A DNA stretch of 56,549 nucleotides, filler included, from Jimgerdemannia flammicorona (GCA_003990765.1; 3 parts of 3 records of this genome joined end to end with filler, not necessarily neighbours in it), one strand, 5' to 3'. Counted from the first letter of the whole stretch, positions 1 through 13,855 are shown. Notes: generated by a model from the sequence alone, not told the origin. Program-made: numbers and translations.

Positions 1-460
1 CTCCCCTCCCATCCCGACATCACCCGAAAAGCAGTCACCTACGCCAGAACCGCGCTCGCCGGGAAGCTCGCCAAAGCCAGAGGGCCCCACCACAGGCACC
101 GAGGACCTGCAGGTAACCTACACTGAGTACTTGACGCCCAAGGTTGGCCGACTCCCTACGTAGCCCGAGACACACCGAGACAGCACCTTGTTGACGACGG
201 CAAAAGGAAGAAGGCACCGCACCAAAACGGATGCACTCCAGACGCAGCCGAAGACACCAGAAACCGCGAAAAAGTGGAGAAGACACCGATCCGACACCGA
301 TAAAGGGGCAACTCATCACCATTGTCCTTCTCCCACCATGCCCATGCAGGCACAGCAAACCAACCCGAGGTAGAGGGGGTAATAATAGGGGAAAGGGGAC
401 TCGGAAGGTCGCCTACCAAACCTTGTGACCGGTAAGGTAGCGGAGAAAGGTGGCTGAGCC
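1..460 (-). mobile_element. 5' part of a non-coding poly(A) retroposon (SINE-like), copy 1, truncated by window start
   Basis: Colinear with 19644-20104; both copies end at the same point (GGTAAGGTAGC(G/A)GAGAAAGG(T/A)GGCTG) in unrelated flanks; this copy keeps most CpGs. Confidence 0.65.
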
Positions 461-469
461 AAACTATGT

Positions 470-1615
470 CTAGTAGTCTCAAGAATATGAGATTCATAAG
501 TATAACAATGTTAAGTTATTATATAAACTATGTAAGAGATTATATGATATCAAATAAGCAGCAAGGCTATAGAACTAAAAAGTCAATAAATATCTTCAAT
601 ATAATATATTTCAGTATTTTAAAGTAAATATATATATATATATCAAATATTATAATAATAGAGTAACTTATATAGATATCTTAATAGATGATATTATCAT
701 TATTATAATCAGAAACAAGGTCAAAGAAGTCAAAGCAGTATTATATCAGAAATTCAAAATAATAGATATAGGTAATACTTCTTATCTTCTGGATATTTTA
801 ATTATATATAACAGAAAGACATACACTATATATCTATCTCAGATAATATATATTAAATATATATAGAAATAATTTAATATATGAGATTTCAAGTCTATTG
901 AAACTCCTATAGAAAGATTGATAAGACTAAAGAAACCCAAAATAATACCTAAGATAAATAATATCTTATATTGATAAGCAGTAGAATTTCTTATATATCT
1001 TATGTATAAAATAAGACCAAAAATCTACTATAGAGTAAACAAAGTAGTGTAATACTTATCTTACTATAATGAGTAGTAGTTAAGTATATACATATTCAGA
1101 TATATCAAAGATATAATAAACTATATACTCAGCTTAGAGAGTAATAAGGAGCATTAGGAGCCTATCTAGTACATAATATAAATTAGACTGTAATTTAGAT
1201 AACATATAGTCTATGATTAGATATCTTTTTAAATTTAGTAAAGAAGAGACTATATCTTGGCAAATATATAAGTAATCTTCAGTAATAATATTATCTATAT
1301 ATATAAATAGAGTTTTAAATATTATTAACAGTAATAATAGAAGCTATATAACTTTATAAATTACTAAAAAAAAATTGGAATTCACTCTCTATACTACTCT
1401 AATAAGATAATCAGTCTATGACAGCTTTAGTAAAGAACTCTATACACTATACTAGAATGAAGCACATCAATATTCAGTACTATTTTATATATAAATATAT
1501 GAAAAATAGCACTATATATCTGAAATATATCTCTATGAAATACATAATAGTAAACTTATTGATAAAGTCTCTTCTAAGGCCAAAGTTCAGAGTCTGTAAG
1601 AATTGGAAATTATAA
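470..1615 (+). pseudogene. pol: Ty1/Copia pol relic (RT and RNase H), extremely AT-eroded
   Basis: Degenerate Copia motifs: ILIDDIII (YVDD), KFKIIDIG..SYLL, YLSQ..YI, AVEFLIYLM..IRP, and ALVKNSIHYTRMKHINIQYYFI (cf. LAKNPVHHARTKHIDIRYHFI). Confidence 0.8.
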
Positions 1616-1806
1616 GACTTTATACTATTAACTAAGAGTCAATAATGTCTACTAGATAATATCTAGAGATATTTTATAAGAACTATATTTAATGAGTAAT
1701 TATAGTAATAATTCAGAAGATAATAGAAATTTTGTAGAGTACTAAAGAGTCTCTTTTAATATTAAAACCAATATTAGATCTAATTTGTAATTTTTACAAT
1801 ATTCAA

Positions 1807-4265
1807 TAAAGTATTCTTTCACATAAATAAAATATATATAAGATAAACTAAATAGACTATATCTAGAGTAAACTGAGTAGAATGTATATATGATGACTTA
1901 ATGAATATAGGTTATACCTAATCAGATGCTGATGTAAGCTGAGTTAATGGGTTTGGTGAATATAGAAGTATGTGCTCATTTGTATAAAGCAAAGGGGCCA
2001 TCTTTTTATTATATCTAACTAACAGAAAAAGGTGAGAGAGGTTATGTAAAACTAATGGTAGAAAAACTAATTAAGTTGCTGATATGGTCTATATATATAA
2101 TTGAATATTATGCATACTCAGTTACTAAAGGAGTATATAAATATTTACTGAAACATACTAATTATTTGCCACTAGAGCTGGTATTTAAAAAACTGGAGAA
2201 CTGAGACTAAGCTAAATATTATATATAATATCTGAATAGAGACTAAGCTCAAAACTTATTAGTACTATTGATTATATGAGAAGTTTCATATATAGCTCCA
2301 GCTACTTTGCTAAAGTTTGAACTATATTCGTAACTCTAAAAAAGTATCCTTTCATACAAATAAAATATATACAAAGTAAACTAAATAGACTATATATAGG
2401 GTGAACTGAGTAGAATATATATATAGTGACTTAATGAAATAGGTTATACCTAATCAGGTACTGATGTAAGCTAAGTTAATGGATTTTGTAAATATAGATA
2501 TATATGCTTTATAGGTCCACTATTTACATATAGTAAAGGAGTTAATACTATAGGTTTGGAGTGATCAGACTCCTAAATTAGATATTATCTACCATTATTA
2601 TTGGCCAAACCCATGACCCACTGATAATCAGAGAGGGGAAGAGTGGCCACCATCATAGTCATTTGAGATAGAATGTAGTATAAGTTACAAATAGAGCAAA
2701 GAAAGGCTACCAATTTCCAATGGCCTGCCAATTGAATAATATAGTCGGAATAGTCTGCTGAAACTAGTAAGGTAGCACCATTGATGTAGAATGAGTAGCT
2801 ATAAATGTCAATGGTCAGAGAAGTGCTGACTAATGGGAATCAGATGGTATCAATGAAAGTTGTCTAAGATAGGAACTGTAATAGGCTTAGAATCAGTAGG
2901 CTGAGTGGGAAGTATCTGTAATATATTGTTAACTGTGATATAAGTACAATAGAATATACTCTGAGTTTACTAGTTTTTGTACATCATAGATGTAAAGACC
3001 AAAAAGAGCAAGTATTGATAGAATCTCAATATTGACAAAAATAAGAGTGACTTGCCTACTATACTGGATTAAACTTCATATCATCAGGAGTAGTAAGTTT
3101 ACCAATCTATATGAGACTATAGAATACTATATAAGTAGCTATTTACACTATTACACTAAATGATAAATAAAGTTGAAGAGTGCTCTAAATTTTTCAAAAA
3201 TGTTGACAGATAATAGAACAGTATTTCTATAGTTGAGAGGATAGTGGAGGGTGGGCCTAGATAGACTTGAGAATAGTGTCAAAAAGGAGAAGTATGAACT
3301 ATTGTAGTTGGAGGCTATACCAATGGGCAACCTAGTAAGTAGTAATATTGTAGAAGTAGTTTTTGATGGTTGTGTGAGATTTTCTATTATTTACAAGCCA
3401 CTATATCCAATGACTCAATAGATCATCTTACAGCAGAATGATAATTATCTTAATAATATTGTAGGAGTCCAGGAAATAGTAGAAGAAGTTGATGCTAGAG
3501 TACTAGTTATCTGTTTGGAAATAGAATCACTGATAGAGATAGATGTTGAATTGATGGCTAAGCTATAAAGAGATATAATCAAAATAAGTAGTAGATTCTG
3601 AGAGTAGAGAGAGAGAGAACTACAGAATAGTTTAGTTTGAATATTGAATCCTGAATCCAGATAAAGAAGAATAATGTAATATAGTAAATTATTTATAAAA
3701 GAATAGTGATAAGCTCAACTACTAGTCAATGCTTCAACATAGAATTGGCTATCACACTAAAGGATGATATACTGTAAATAAAAAAATATAAGTATACTTA
3801 TTATCTAAGAGATGGATTATTATTGAGAGGGTATTAAGATAAAAGTCCATATATTTAATTAATGGAGTAGGGGGGGTGTTTTTTGAAAGCTTGAGGGAGA
3901 GATCAAACTGCTTAGCTATAGTATAAAATTATATATATAAGATGAGCATACTGGCCAGTATGGTCACATAGATGTGGAGTGAAGATGACTGACAAGAGGG
4001 TGCTAGTGGTGAGTCCATAGAGAATGCTGGTAGACTTGTAGCTTAATTTGGAGCAGATTGCTTAGTTAGCTATATAATAAGTATAGGTAATAACTGTTTG
4101 ATAAGAGTTACTTCAGCTTACTCTAGTAGCTATAGGAGTTTGGACTCTTAATCTAGATAGTATATATTCAACCATGCTACCAGTACTACTTTTTGACTAT
4201 CAACTGATATAATTTTATATAAATGAAGTCAGTCTTTAATATAACTCTGCTTAAGATATCTACTA
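1807..4265 (-). mobile_element. Degenerate, internally deleted Ngaro-type tyrosine-recombinase retrotransposon (relative of 13088-17987)
   Basis: Direct repeats ~1807-1975 and ~2338-2507 flank an A-type segment ending GTTTGAACTATATTCGTAACTCT, as in the complete element; YR C-terminus YSFYINGATLL..IIQLAGHWK at ~2620-2870; RNase H remnant IIL*CDSQFYVEALTS at ~3720-3780. Confidence 0.75.
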
Positions 4266-4759
4266 TTTTCAAGTTTACTAATTTAGGAGAATTTGTACCA
4301 AAACTGAATATTTACCAAAACTGAGTTATCTGCTAAATAAAGTTATCTGCTAACTCACTTATTAAGAAATTTTACCAAATTTACTAAATTATATTAAAGA
4401 TTATCATACTAGAAATTATATAAGAAAATCTACTTACAAGAGTGTTATATTAAAAATTATATACTTTTGGAGATCATTATACTATATAGAGACTATTATA
4501 GAATTTAAATAAGAATTCACTCATATTATATAAAGACTATTATATAGAAATTATATAAGAAATCTACTTGTACTATATAAAATTATCTACCATCACTTAT
4601 AATATAAATTACTACTATACTTGAGAACTATTCAAATAAGAAAATTGACCATTATATTCAGACTTGACTATTATACTACTAAATATTAATAAAGATACCA
4701 GGAATTATAGAATATTTTATTGCTTTTTAATAAAGTAAATAGAGGCGTAAGCTAAACTT

Positions 4760-6110
4760 CATCAACCTTGAGCCTTGTAATTTACCTCTATTAAGTCAGT
4801 ATATTATAGTACTCTAATAAGATGGTCAGGAAGAAACTTCTCTCTAGTGAGCAGAGTAATAGTTTTGAATATTTACTAACTGCTAAAGATATGATATCTG
4901 GAATACTATTTGGATTTCTCTAAATAAGTAGAGAGAAGATTGAAGAAGACTATGAAAGAATGTATAATAAGAGTAGTAATTACAGATCAGCTGGAAAATA
5001 ATAGTAATAAGGATAGAAAAATGGCAGTTTGAGACTGCTGGACCTTTAGAGGTATCTGAAGGTCTTAAGAGAATAGTAAGAGTGAAGGTTAGTAGACTTA
5101 GAGAAGGAGGGATAGAGCAGACTAGCTATGGACAATTGGAAAGTCAGGTTCTGCATCTGTGAGATAGAGTGAAAGAATCTTAGTAGTCTGCTTCAGGTAG
5201 AGTATATTAGTAAACTATAGTTTAAGAAATTTGGATAGAGTATATTAGAGGCCTAACTGGTTATGAGGCTTACTAGACCAGAGATAGAAAATTTTACAGA
5301 TTCTAAGAGAAAGTGGTGAAGGCTGAAGTTGCTATAGATTGAGAGTAAGATCCTATAGAAGTATTCACTAAAGGAGACTATAGAGTGGATGAGAGTGGGG
5401 TCTTTAGAGAGATAGCCAGTTAGCTGGCAGAAGGTTGAGATTAATGAGACTTGAGAGTAAAATAGGATATAATAGTAGATAGATGCCTTATACATATAGA
5501 TAGTACCTCTTAGATATTAAGTGATATAGTAGTAGTTTCTGAGAAGAAATATGATACTGAGTTATAGGACAGATTGAATAGATACTGAGGGCTATAGAGA
5601 TTGTGAGTAGTATATTGAGCTACAAAAAGAGAAGGTACAGATGCCAAAGTATATTTCGGCTAATTGCTCAAAAGTTAATGAGGTTTTAAGTAGTTTGGAG
5701 ATATATTGGGCAGGAGAGCTAGTGAGGTTGTTGGGCTGGTAGTCAGGAGGCAATTGGTGAGAGAGGTTTACAACTTATGGAGTAGTTTTGGCCAAATTCT
5801 TAGTATTTAAATACTAATGGCTGCTCACTAGCAGTGGGTTTTTGATAGGAGACAATAGATGAGGGTCAGAGAGTTGGTGGAAAGATAGTGATAGTTAGTG
5901 AGAGAAGTGGTCCAGGGGTGGTTGCTTCAGGGGAAGTAGGCTGGAAAAGGTACCCAGAAGAGGGTGAGGGAGTTTGTATTAAGGAGTGGTGACTGACTGA
6001 TACTTGATGACCATGGAGTACAATAGAAGGAGAGGGTTGACTAATGCCCATACTTGGGTAATTAGTCTGCTCTCACTTTGCTTAATTTGCTTCTGATGTG
6101 GCAGGAGGAC
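4760..6110 (-). pseudogene. Possible heavily eroded LINE ORF2 N-terminus (APE endonuclease) and ORF1 tail
   Basis: Only faint motif traces in APE order on the minus strand (LNI ~5615, FFSET ~5535, SRYHIFSS..LPDH ~4900-4825); CpG-depleted like neighbouring TEs. Confidence 0.3.
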
Positions 6111-6296
6111 TTTCAGTTGTTTATAGAAATGTATAGATAATAAAGTGTCTTAGCACTTGTGAAAAAAAATAAAAAATAAAAAATAAAAAAAACTCTTGTT
6201 GTGATCATCGCTTACTTTCCTTTTAACTTGACAAAAAGTAAGCGGACAACTGCTCATTCAAAATTCTCATTTTGAAACCAACCTCTCCAAAGCACC

Positions 6297-6990
6297 ATGC
6301 AGCCGCTATCTCAGCATTTCCTGTTTTTTGTCCTTGTCACCTGTGCTCTCCTTCAAGTCGCCTGTCTCACGATTACCAAGGATCTGCTACCTATGACACT
6401 TTTCCTAGCAGCGGTGTCGGCGACTGCTATCTGGGATAAAGGCAAGCGCAACGTCACGTATTACATGACCAGCGATGGTTTCGCGGTTATCGACGGTGAT
6501 ATCATCTACGACAACCGATCCGAATTCCAGGTCGCCGAGCGCCGCTGTAACGATCGCTACCCATCAAGGCGCCAAATGGCTCCGGATCGGCGCTCCGTTA
6601 CTCATTTACAAGATCGATCCTGCCTACCCTAAACCCAACTCAATTGTTGATGCTGCTATCAAGGCTTGGAAGGTCAAGACATGTGGGAAATTGATCTTCC
6701 GGCTCGCCACCCCCGCCGACAATTACACCTTGGTCAAAGGGACTCCTGGGTGTTTATCGTATGTTGAATGGGGCCCTGGAGTATATACGGCACATGAGAA
6801 TGGGACCTGATTTCGTCATCCCCGAAGCAGGTATGTAATTTGTTTTTGATTTTTAATCGAGCGGTAGTATATATAATAAATTCGTCCTCCCTCCCCTATT
6901 TTTATTTTATTTCCATTTCTCGGACAACAGAGCATGAGCTTGGATAGGTTATGGCTTGCATATAAACACCAACTGTCCGATCACGCATTG
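6297..6990 (+). pseudogene. Disrupted secreted astacin-family (M12A) zinc metalloprotease
   Basis: Hydrophobic N-terminus; propeptide DGFAVIDGDII; frameshift into KW..G..IYKIDP..AIKAWKVKTC..LIFR..GCLSYV; intron CAG|GTATGT 6831 to AACAG| 6930 joins EA-EHELG*; downstream GL..YKHQLSDH matches a mutated HExxHxxGxxHEHxRxDR; no Met-turn found. Confidence 0.75.
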
Positions 6991-7740
6991 CAGAACAAAA
7001 GGATGTCCTGATGGGCGATGATGACTTTTTCGCCAACCCAAAATTGGCCATCTGCCTCTTCACTTTAGCCATTTTGGTATTTTTCCATTCACCTCCTCAT
7101 TAATGACTTATATTGCCTTTTTCGATGCCATTTTCGATAGACTCTGGAAAGTTCGCTTAATGAATATCACAAGGTAGTGATTTTATTTCCTTTCCCATAT
7201 CCTCATTTGGGGGATGAATCGCTGCTCCGATTTATGCTGGCGTCTTGTGGACATCACACTTGTATAATCTCGCGCAAGCTCTACTATGTAGAACATTGTG
7301 AGCCTCATGATTGTTATATCGTGAGAGATGACGTCATCAGTTGAGCCACTGAAGCTGGCAATAATGAGGACTATCGCCAAGAAGATACTGGCTTTTCAAC
7401 ACGGTAGTCGTGATTCTGAGCGGAAATAGACTTTGTTCCCATAATATTAATATTACGACAACCTCTCTTTCAGTAAAACTACGGAGCTACGGTAGCGAAT
7501 TTTTAGGCAACGTTCAGTAGCAGCAACAATGCGCGGCTGGAATTTGTGACGTATCTATTACAAAAGATTATAATTACCTGTTCCTTGACTCCGCACGTGA
7601 ACAAACAAATAGTTCCGCTCTGGGCCTGATCTCTGAGTCAAAAATAGATATCAAAACCCCCCGAGATAGCTTTCAAATAATGCAGTTGCGTATCCTATCC
7701 GTATTCCCAAATTCAAAATCGGTACCGGCAAGCGAGCGAA

Positions 7741-7750
7741 ATATATAAAT
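7741..7750 (+). promoter_or_regulatory. TATA box of the BRI3/LITAF-like gene
   Basis: ATATATAAAT about 60 nt upstream of AACCATG at 7809, followed by a pyrimidine-rich leader. Confidence 0.55.
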
Positions 7751-7808
7751 GTCACACACACCCTGTCATTTTCTTCTTTCTTCACCGCCTTCCACGAAAC
7801 TCGCAACC

Positions 7809-8096
7809 ATGTCCGCTCCCGTCCAACACGGTTACCCTCAGTCCATGGCTGTCCCCGTTCAATGCGGTTACCCTCAGCTCTCAAAGCCCATGAAAGAGTC
7901 CCCGGACCAGGACGTTCATGTCATCACCCATGGCGTCTGCTCCAAAGGCGGCTTTCATGCGATCCAGAAGGACTATGACTACTGCGGCAAGGTCCTCTCC
8001 GTCTTGTTCTTCCCCATCGAAGCGCTCTGCTGCGTCGTGATGTCGAGGAACAAGTGCGTTAAATGCGGCACGCACATCCATATCATGTACCTATGA
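7809..8096 (+). CDS. Small BRI3/LITAF-like membrane-associated zinc-ribbon protein (95 aa)
   Basis: Repeated PVQxGYPQ N-terminus, then CxKGGFH, hydrophobic GKVLSVLFFPIEALCCVVM, then CVKCG, the BRI3 (DUF2367) layout; GC3-rich codons; good start context at 7809 (ORF track start 7749 lies in the TATA box). Confidence 0.75.
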   Translation: MSAPVQHGYPQSMAVPVQCGYPQLSKPMKESPDQDVHVITHGVCSKGGFHAIQKDYDYCGKVLSVLFFPIEALCCVVMSRNKCVKCGTHIHIMYL

Positions 8097-11000
8097 TATT
8101 GTGTAAAAATGTACATATTCTATTGTGTAATCTTGTGTACATACGACATTGTGTATTATATTGTAATATATATCCATTTAACCAGTTTGACTCAAAACGT
8201 ATTAAAAGTTACATATGCTCGCAGAGAGCGCCACTGTTTCCCCCAGCGTACAAAATCTTATCCACGAAATCCGCCTATACACGGATAGGGAACCATCAAG
8301 TTATTTTTTCAATTTTCTGAAAAATAATTATTCGACAAATGGCCGTCAATGAAGCGAGTTATCTGTATCCCTCCGCAGCGTAGGGGAACGGTTTCGAAAT
8401 TCAAAACTCATGCGATAACGTCTTTCCTAAAACAAAATTCGGCGTTAGTATACGCGTCGTATGACGTCTCCGAAAATAATCCAATCGCGGTTAATTTTAG
8501 AGTATCAAAATTTGGCGAGGTTTACGTGATTATTTATCAAGACAGGATCTCCATATTTGTCGCTGTCACGTCGTCACCCTAAGTTTGGACAGTTGACGCG
8601 TCAACTTGATTCCAAAATGGTTGCCTTCTACATTCTTGTACGAAGCGTCGTCTATCAAACCAGGACAAAGTTCATTGTGACACGGTATCTAGCAGTAGAG
8701 TACCTTAGCGGAGGCATCAATATTGAACAGGTCACTTCTGACCCGTTGAAACTCAAGACCATGATGTCCTTCGCTTGCTTTCGTCATGTAAAAAAGTCAG
8801 TATAATTGATCTACGACAAAGTTAAATTATAACAACGTGACCGCGATAACGAGATCGCCATGACTTATTTGTTCTCCGACCTTGTGACACGATAAAAAAA
8901 AAAAAAAGGTCTGCTTTGGCCTGACCGCCTATTGTAAGTAAAGGAATTGCTTAATATTGTTGTCTCGACCTAGAGGTTTTCTCTGCCGAAAATCCTAATA
9001 GTGACGTCCTTCCTTCTACGAAGGTATTTGTCTATGTTGCATCTCATGATATCTTTGTCATCCTTTCGATTCGTTGCATTCGCTAGGGTCTCCCACTCGA
9101 TAACTAGCAGAACCCGCAGGGGTCCTATAAACAGGCAAATTATTAAAAGATGTTGCTCGTGGTATTTTTGTCGTTCGATGTGAAATATAGATAGCTATAT
9201 ATTCCTATGCACTAGACCGCATTTGTTAACAGGGGTCCTTAAAACGCCTGTGCTCTTCTTGGGGCTTAGATTTATTATGTAACAATTTTCGAACGTGATT
9301 CTTTTTCGTCGACCTCATTCTATAGTTCTGTCGTATTCCTCTCGTCTCTAAGTGGAAAACTAATTGAATGTAGTAATTCCTAATCGCCGAGTTCTGACCG
9401 ATCGAGCCCTAGTTTCCATCGCCTATGATTTCGCGTAGTTACTTATTTTTTCTCTTTCTCGCCAAAAGTGTTTTATTGACTTCGTCCCTAAATAACTGCG
9501 AGTTTTATTGGTCAATTTATTTAGTTCAAAACGCGTGACCAATCGAGGATAAAATTTTTCTCAACACCCGCCCGTGCCAAAAACGGGAGACGATTCCCGA
9601 AATTGTTAGTCACCGCACAGCCCCGCAACATTGTTTTGGGAGGAATGTCGCCCTAAATATAAAATCTGGTCAGGGGTACTTGGGAAAATTTTTCATGCCA
9701 CACGCTACATTATGGAGAAATTTCGTTCAAAGGCAAAACGAATATTATTTAGGAATTACCCTTTTCGTAATAAAACTATTGGCTGACCACGTTGATAGCT
9801 CACCAAAACCATATGAAGATATAACCGTCGACTAAAGTTTGAATCGTTTGATATACACCATATTTTGATCGTTTGCATATTGGGGTACCGATTGAGAGGC
9901 TGCTCCAAGCACATCACATGCTCAGGAGATCTTTGCGATCTCGTCATTTCGTCGTTGTGATTATTATGGCGCGACGACCTCAAGTGGTAGCGGCATCGTG
10001 AGGATTCAGTGCTTTCGTGCCGACTTTGAAATTTATGCTGGGCTATCCACCTCCGATCAGTGGCGGTTTCGTGAGAATTCCACACCTTCATGAATACTGA
10101 CGCATGGTCAAATTAATAAGCGGCGGCTCCTGATGATAGGCTCCTGCCTCATCCCTCGGTCGTACAGTCGCGTTTCATTAAATGTCACACCACTACACTT
10201 GTCTTGTCGGCATTCCGACTGTCCGAATTTTCGTCTTCATAATCGGTCTCGCTGGTAAGATGTCGCGGGACTTACATCTGCTTTCGGCTTGCCTCGTTCT
10301 CGCTGTCCCTGACGTTACTAATTTGGCCCTTCTGTCTTTTTTCGCTGGCTCCATTCAACACCGTCCCTTTTCCTCTTCGCCGGAACGGATGGCTCCGTCT
10401 CCGAATATGCCTCGTGTTCTTCTGACTCCGTGGCGGCAGTTACGCAATTGGTGAACTCCGACTCAAATCCTCCTTTGGGTAGGGGGGGTGTTGGTCTTGA
10501 CGGAGCAATTTGACTTCTTGGATTTTTCTCCTGTGTCTGCGCATTGCTTTCCAAAACTGCCTTGTGATTTCGACGTTAGCTCATCCTGATAGGTGGACGA
10601 CAATATTTATGGTATGTCGATGCCGCCGCCGTAGATGTTATAGAACGAGGACAGCTGCTCGAATTGCGAATTGTCCATGCCCTTCGAGAAGGATATTTAA
10701 CGTGACAGCGTGAATGGTGGCGGCAGCGGCGGCGTCCTGGGTACGTGGAGGTAGGCTGTCCAGTAGGCAAGGGCCGAAGCACTCATGTCATAGTATATCA
10801 CCTTTTTGTGCTTGATTTGTCTCGGTCTTTATTTGGGTTACACGCCCATGATCGGCCGCGAGGCCATAGTCCAGGCACAAGGCCATGGTCCATGGTCCCC
10901 GCTCTGACCTGAGTCCAAGCTGTTTTGACCACCTTTAGATTAATGGCAGTAAATATTATAAACATTATAACCTGTTTAATGGTTTCGAAGATGGGCAGGT

Positions 11001-12398
11001 TTCATTCTTGGCTGTACCCCGTGCACATATTTATGCGACGTTATATCTGGTTCCAAGTCATATCCGTCGAGCCACCCCTTCGACTTTCCCCAACCTGCAC
11101 CATGACCGAAGCGCATCGATTATATTATAGTTTAACAAACTCGCCATTTACCCATCTGTAGTAAATCAATAAAAACGTTCGACGTTCTGAAGTCACGGAA
11201 AGTATGACCGATGCTGGTAATCAATGATGGGATCAAAAAGAAGGAGAGGACCTTAAGTTAAGGTTAAGCCACTATTGAAACAGGTGCTGGTAATCCGTCA
11301 GAAGATGTTGGAATCAGAGCACCAATCTACGAAACCTAGGGTAAGTGAAGTTGTGTGTAGGTTGTCGGAATAGGACATTCAGACATGGTAGAATCTCTAA
11401 GAAATCTGATTAGAACATACTTTAGCCTGGAAAAGTAAAACAAGGATAGGGGGACACCATGTCCCCGCCTCAGTAAATTGAATGATACAGGGACGGTCCA
11501 GTAGCCCGGTGGCTTACGTTTTGTCATGAGGATATGTTTCGTTCTACGTTCTGCGGTTCTACGATCTGCGGATAAACTTCATTCGGCGGTTCGATATCAG
11601 TCATCGTTGGGATTTATAATTATTGCTACGCGGTTTTTGTAAGACGCAGTGCACACCGATTAAGAATTCGGAATACAACTCCATAATCGTACCCACATTT
11701 TCGAATCTAAATATTAGGAATATCTAAACAACGAAATTCTGGCTATTGTGATCAGCTTGACTAGCAGGAAAAATAATAAATAAATAAAAATATTTCATAT
11801 ATATGATACTCACAATTTCGGATTTTTCAATATATGAACAGCATCCTCATGTATTTAAATTAGGAAGTATATTAAAGGTGCATTTTAATGATTAAAATAA
11901 ATGTCTTTAAATTGTATTTTTCAAATATTGAAAAGTATTTTTAGATAAATCAACTATTTATAAATAATTTTATTTTCTTACATATATTATTACATATGTA
12001 TCTTTATTTTGAATATAAGATTATTTATACAATAGATTATCTACTGCTACCTTATATGGTAACTTTTGACTATATTTGTTATAGTAATATATATATATAA
12101 TATACTTATATATATTATTACTATTTTTTATAAAATATACAATTATAGAAATTATAATTTCAGATTAACTCACAGTGAGATATGTAGTTCAGAGTCAAAA
12201 ATTTGTATGGATCTAATGTGATGAATCAGATATTAATGAGCCAACTATAGTTAGCCAATCAGGGTCAGATAAGCAAATTTGCTAATGAGGAAAAATAGTT
12301 ATTTCTATATAGAAAAAATGCAAAACCTCACCTAGAAAAAATACAGAAAAATATAAAACTTCAATGAAAATGAGTAGGTTTTGTTATCTTTGAGATAT

Positions 12399-12399
<1 letters not shown>

Positions 12400-12446
<47 letters not shown>
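12400..12446 (+). repeat. Poly(A) tract, 47 nt
   Basis: Pure A run; no recognisable retroelement body upstream. Confidence 0.9.
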
Positions 12447-12447
<1 letters not shown>

Positions 12448-12689
12448 CCACATTCTAGCAGATTAAGTATATCTTAATAAGAGTTATATAAGATTATTTT
12501 CACCAAGATATATAACTGAGATATACTAACTTTTATTATTATTTTTACAATCAAAAATTCATATTTATAAAAATAAATATATTGAGTATATTCTCAAGTT
12601 TCTAAAGTAATACTTATAATAATAGTTTGATATAGATTTATAAAAAAATTATATTATAATAATATCTTTTGTAAAAGGTAAGAAATTTT

Positions 12690-13080
12690 AATGAAAATCA
12701 ATAATAGTTATATTATAATTATACTATTTACTAATAAATAAATAAATATATATATAACTCAATTATATCTTTATATTAAAATAACTTTATAAGTTCATTA
12801 TATGAAGAAATTTGCAAAATTTAGTAAAATATATATAAATATTATATAACTATAGCTTAAAAGATTAAGATATATATATATCAATTTTATATAAATAAAG
12901 AACAAAGCACAAAGAGTAATAAATTTCAATATAGTTATATAGTAATTATACTATTTACTAATAGAAATATCATAATATCTTCATAAGTTTATATTGTAGA
13001 GAAATTTATAAAATTCAGTAAAAATATATATAACTATAGCTTAAAAGGTTAAAATATACTAATTTCTAATTATAGTTATA
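12690..13080. repeat. Degenerate AT-rich direct repeat (~230-bp period)
   Basis: ATAGTTATAT..TAATTATACTATTTACTAATA and TATATAACTATAGCTTAAAAG each occur twice. Confidence 0.55.
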
Positions 13081-13855
13081 TAATTTGCTCTAACAATGTC
13101 CCTGGGTGCACCAAAATTGGGTACTGTCAAAAAAAGGAAGATTGTACTGATTGAGTGAGAGGAACAAAATGGAAGAGAAGAAGAAGAGGATATCAAAATA
13201 AGCAACCAAGTGAATGTTGGGTTTGGCTAGGTAAAGTATGTACTTTCCAGGCCCACCCTCGCCTATGGCAAAGAAGACCAATCTTTATTCATATTTCACT
13301 AGGAATGGGAGAGAGGGGGTGTGAAAATAGCTTGAGAGCTACTACTAGAGATTAATGCTATATGAAGTACTGATGCTAAACTATTGTTTGATCTATTATT
13401 TGGCTAGATGATGAGGGGTGGGGCACACTATCCTGCAGTGAATAAAGGTACCCCTGAATTGTACTAAGTATACTACAGTTAGAGTAAACTGAAACAGACT
13501 GAAGCCCTGGCTAAAACTATACTATATATACTGAAACAGACTATTCTAGGCTCCTCCTGCCTCAGGGACTTTGCCGCAGTTTGAACTATATTCATAACTC
13601 TGACAACATCTCTGGGTACACCAAAATTGGGTACTGCCAAAAAAGAGAAGATTGCACTGATCAAGTAAGAGAAACAAAATAGAAAGGAAGGAGAAAGAGA
13701 TATCAAAATGAGCAACTAAGTAAACATTGAGTTTGGTTGGGTAAAGCATGTACTTCCTAGGCCTGCTCTCACCTATGGCAAAGAAGGCCAACCATTGCAG
13801 GCCTAAGGGACAGTTGAGGTTTTGCAAGCTACCACTAACTACTCATAGATGATAC

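Noticed and set aside
35..358. 107-aa minus-strand ORF also open at 19678-20001
   Set aside because: Non-ATG start, no motif, many non-synonymous changes; a G/T-rich strand avoids stops by composition
12171..12205. CACAGTG followed by CAAAAAT, resembling a Transib TIR or RSS
   Set aside because: No partner inverted end, TSD or transposase seen
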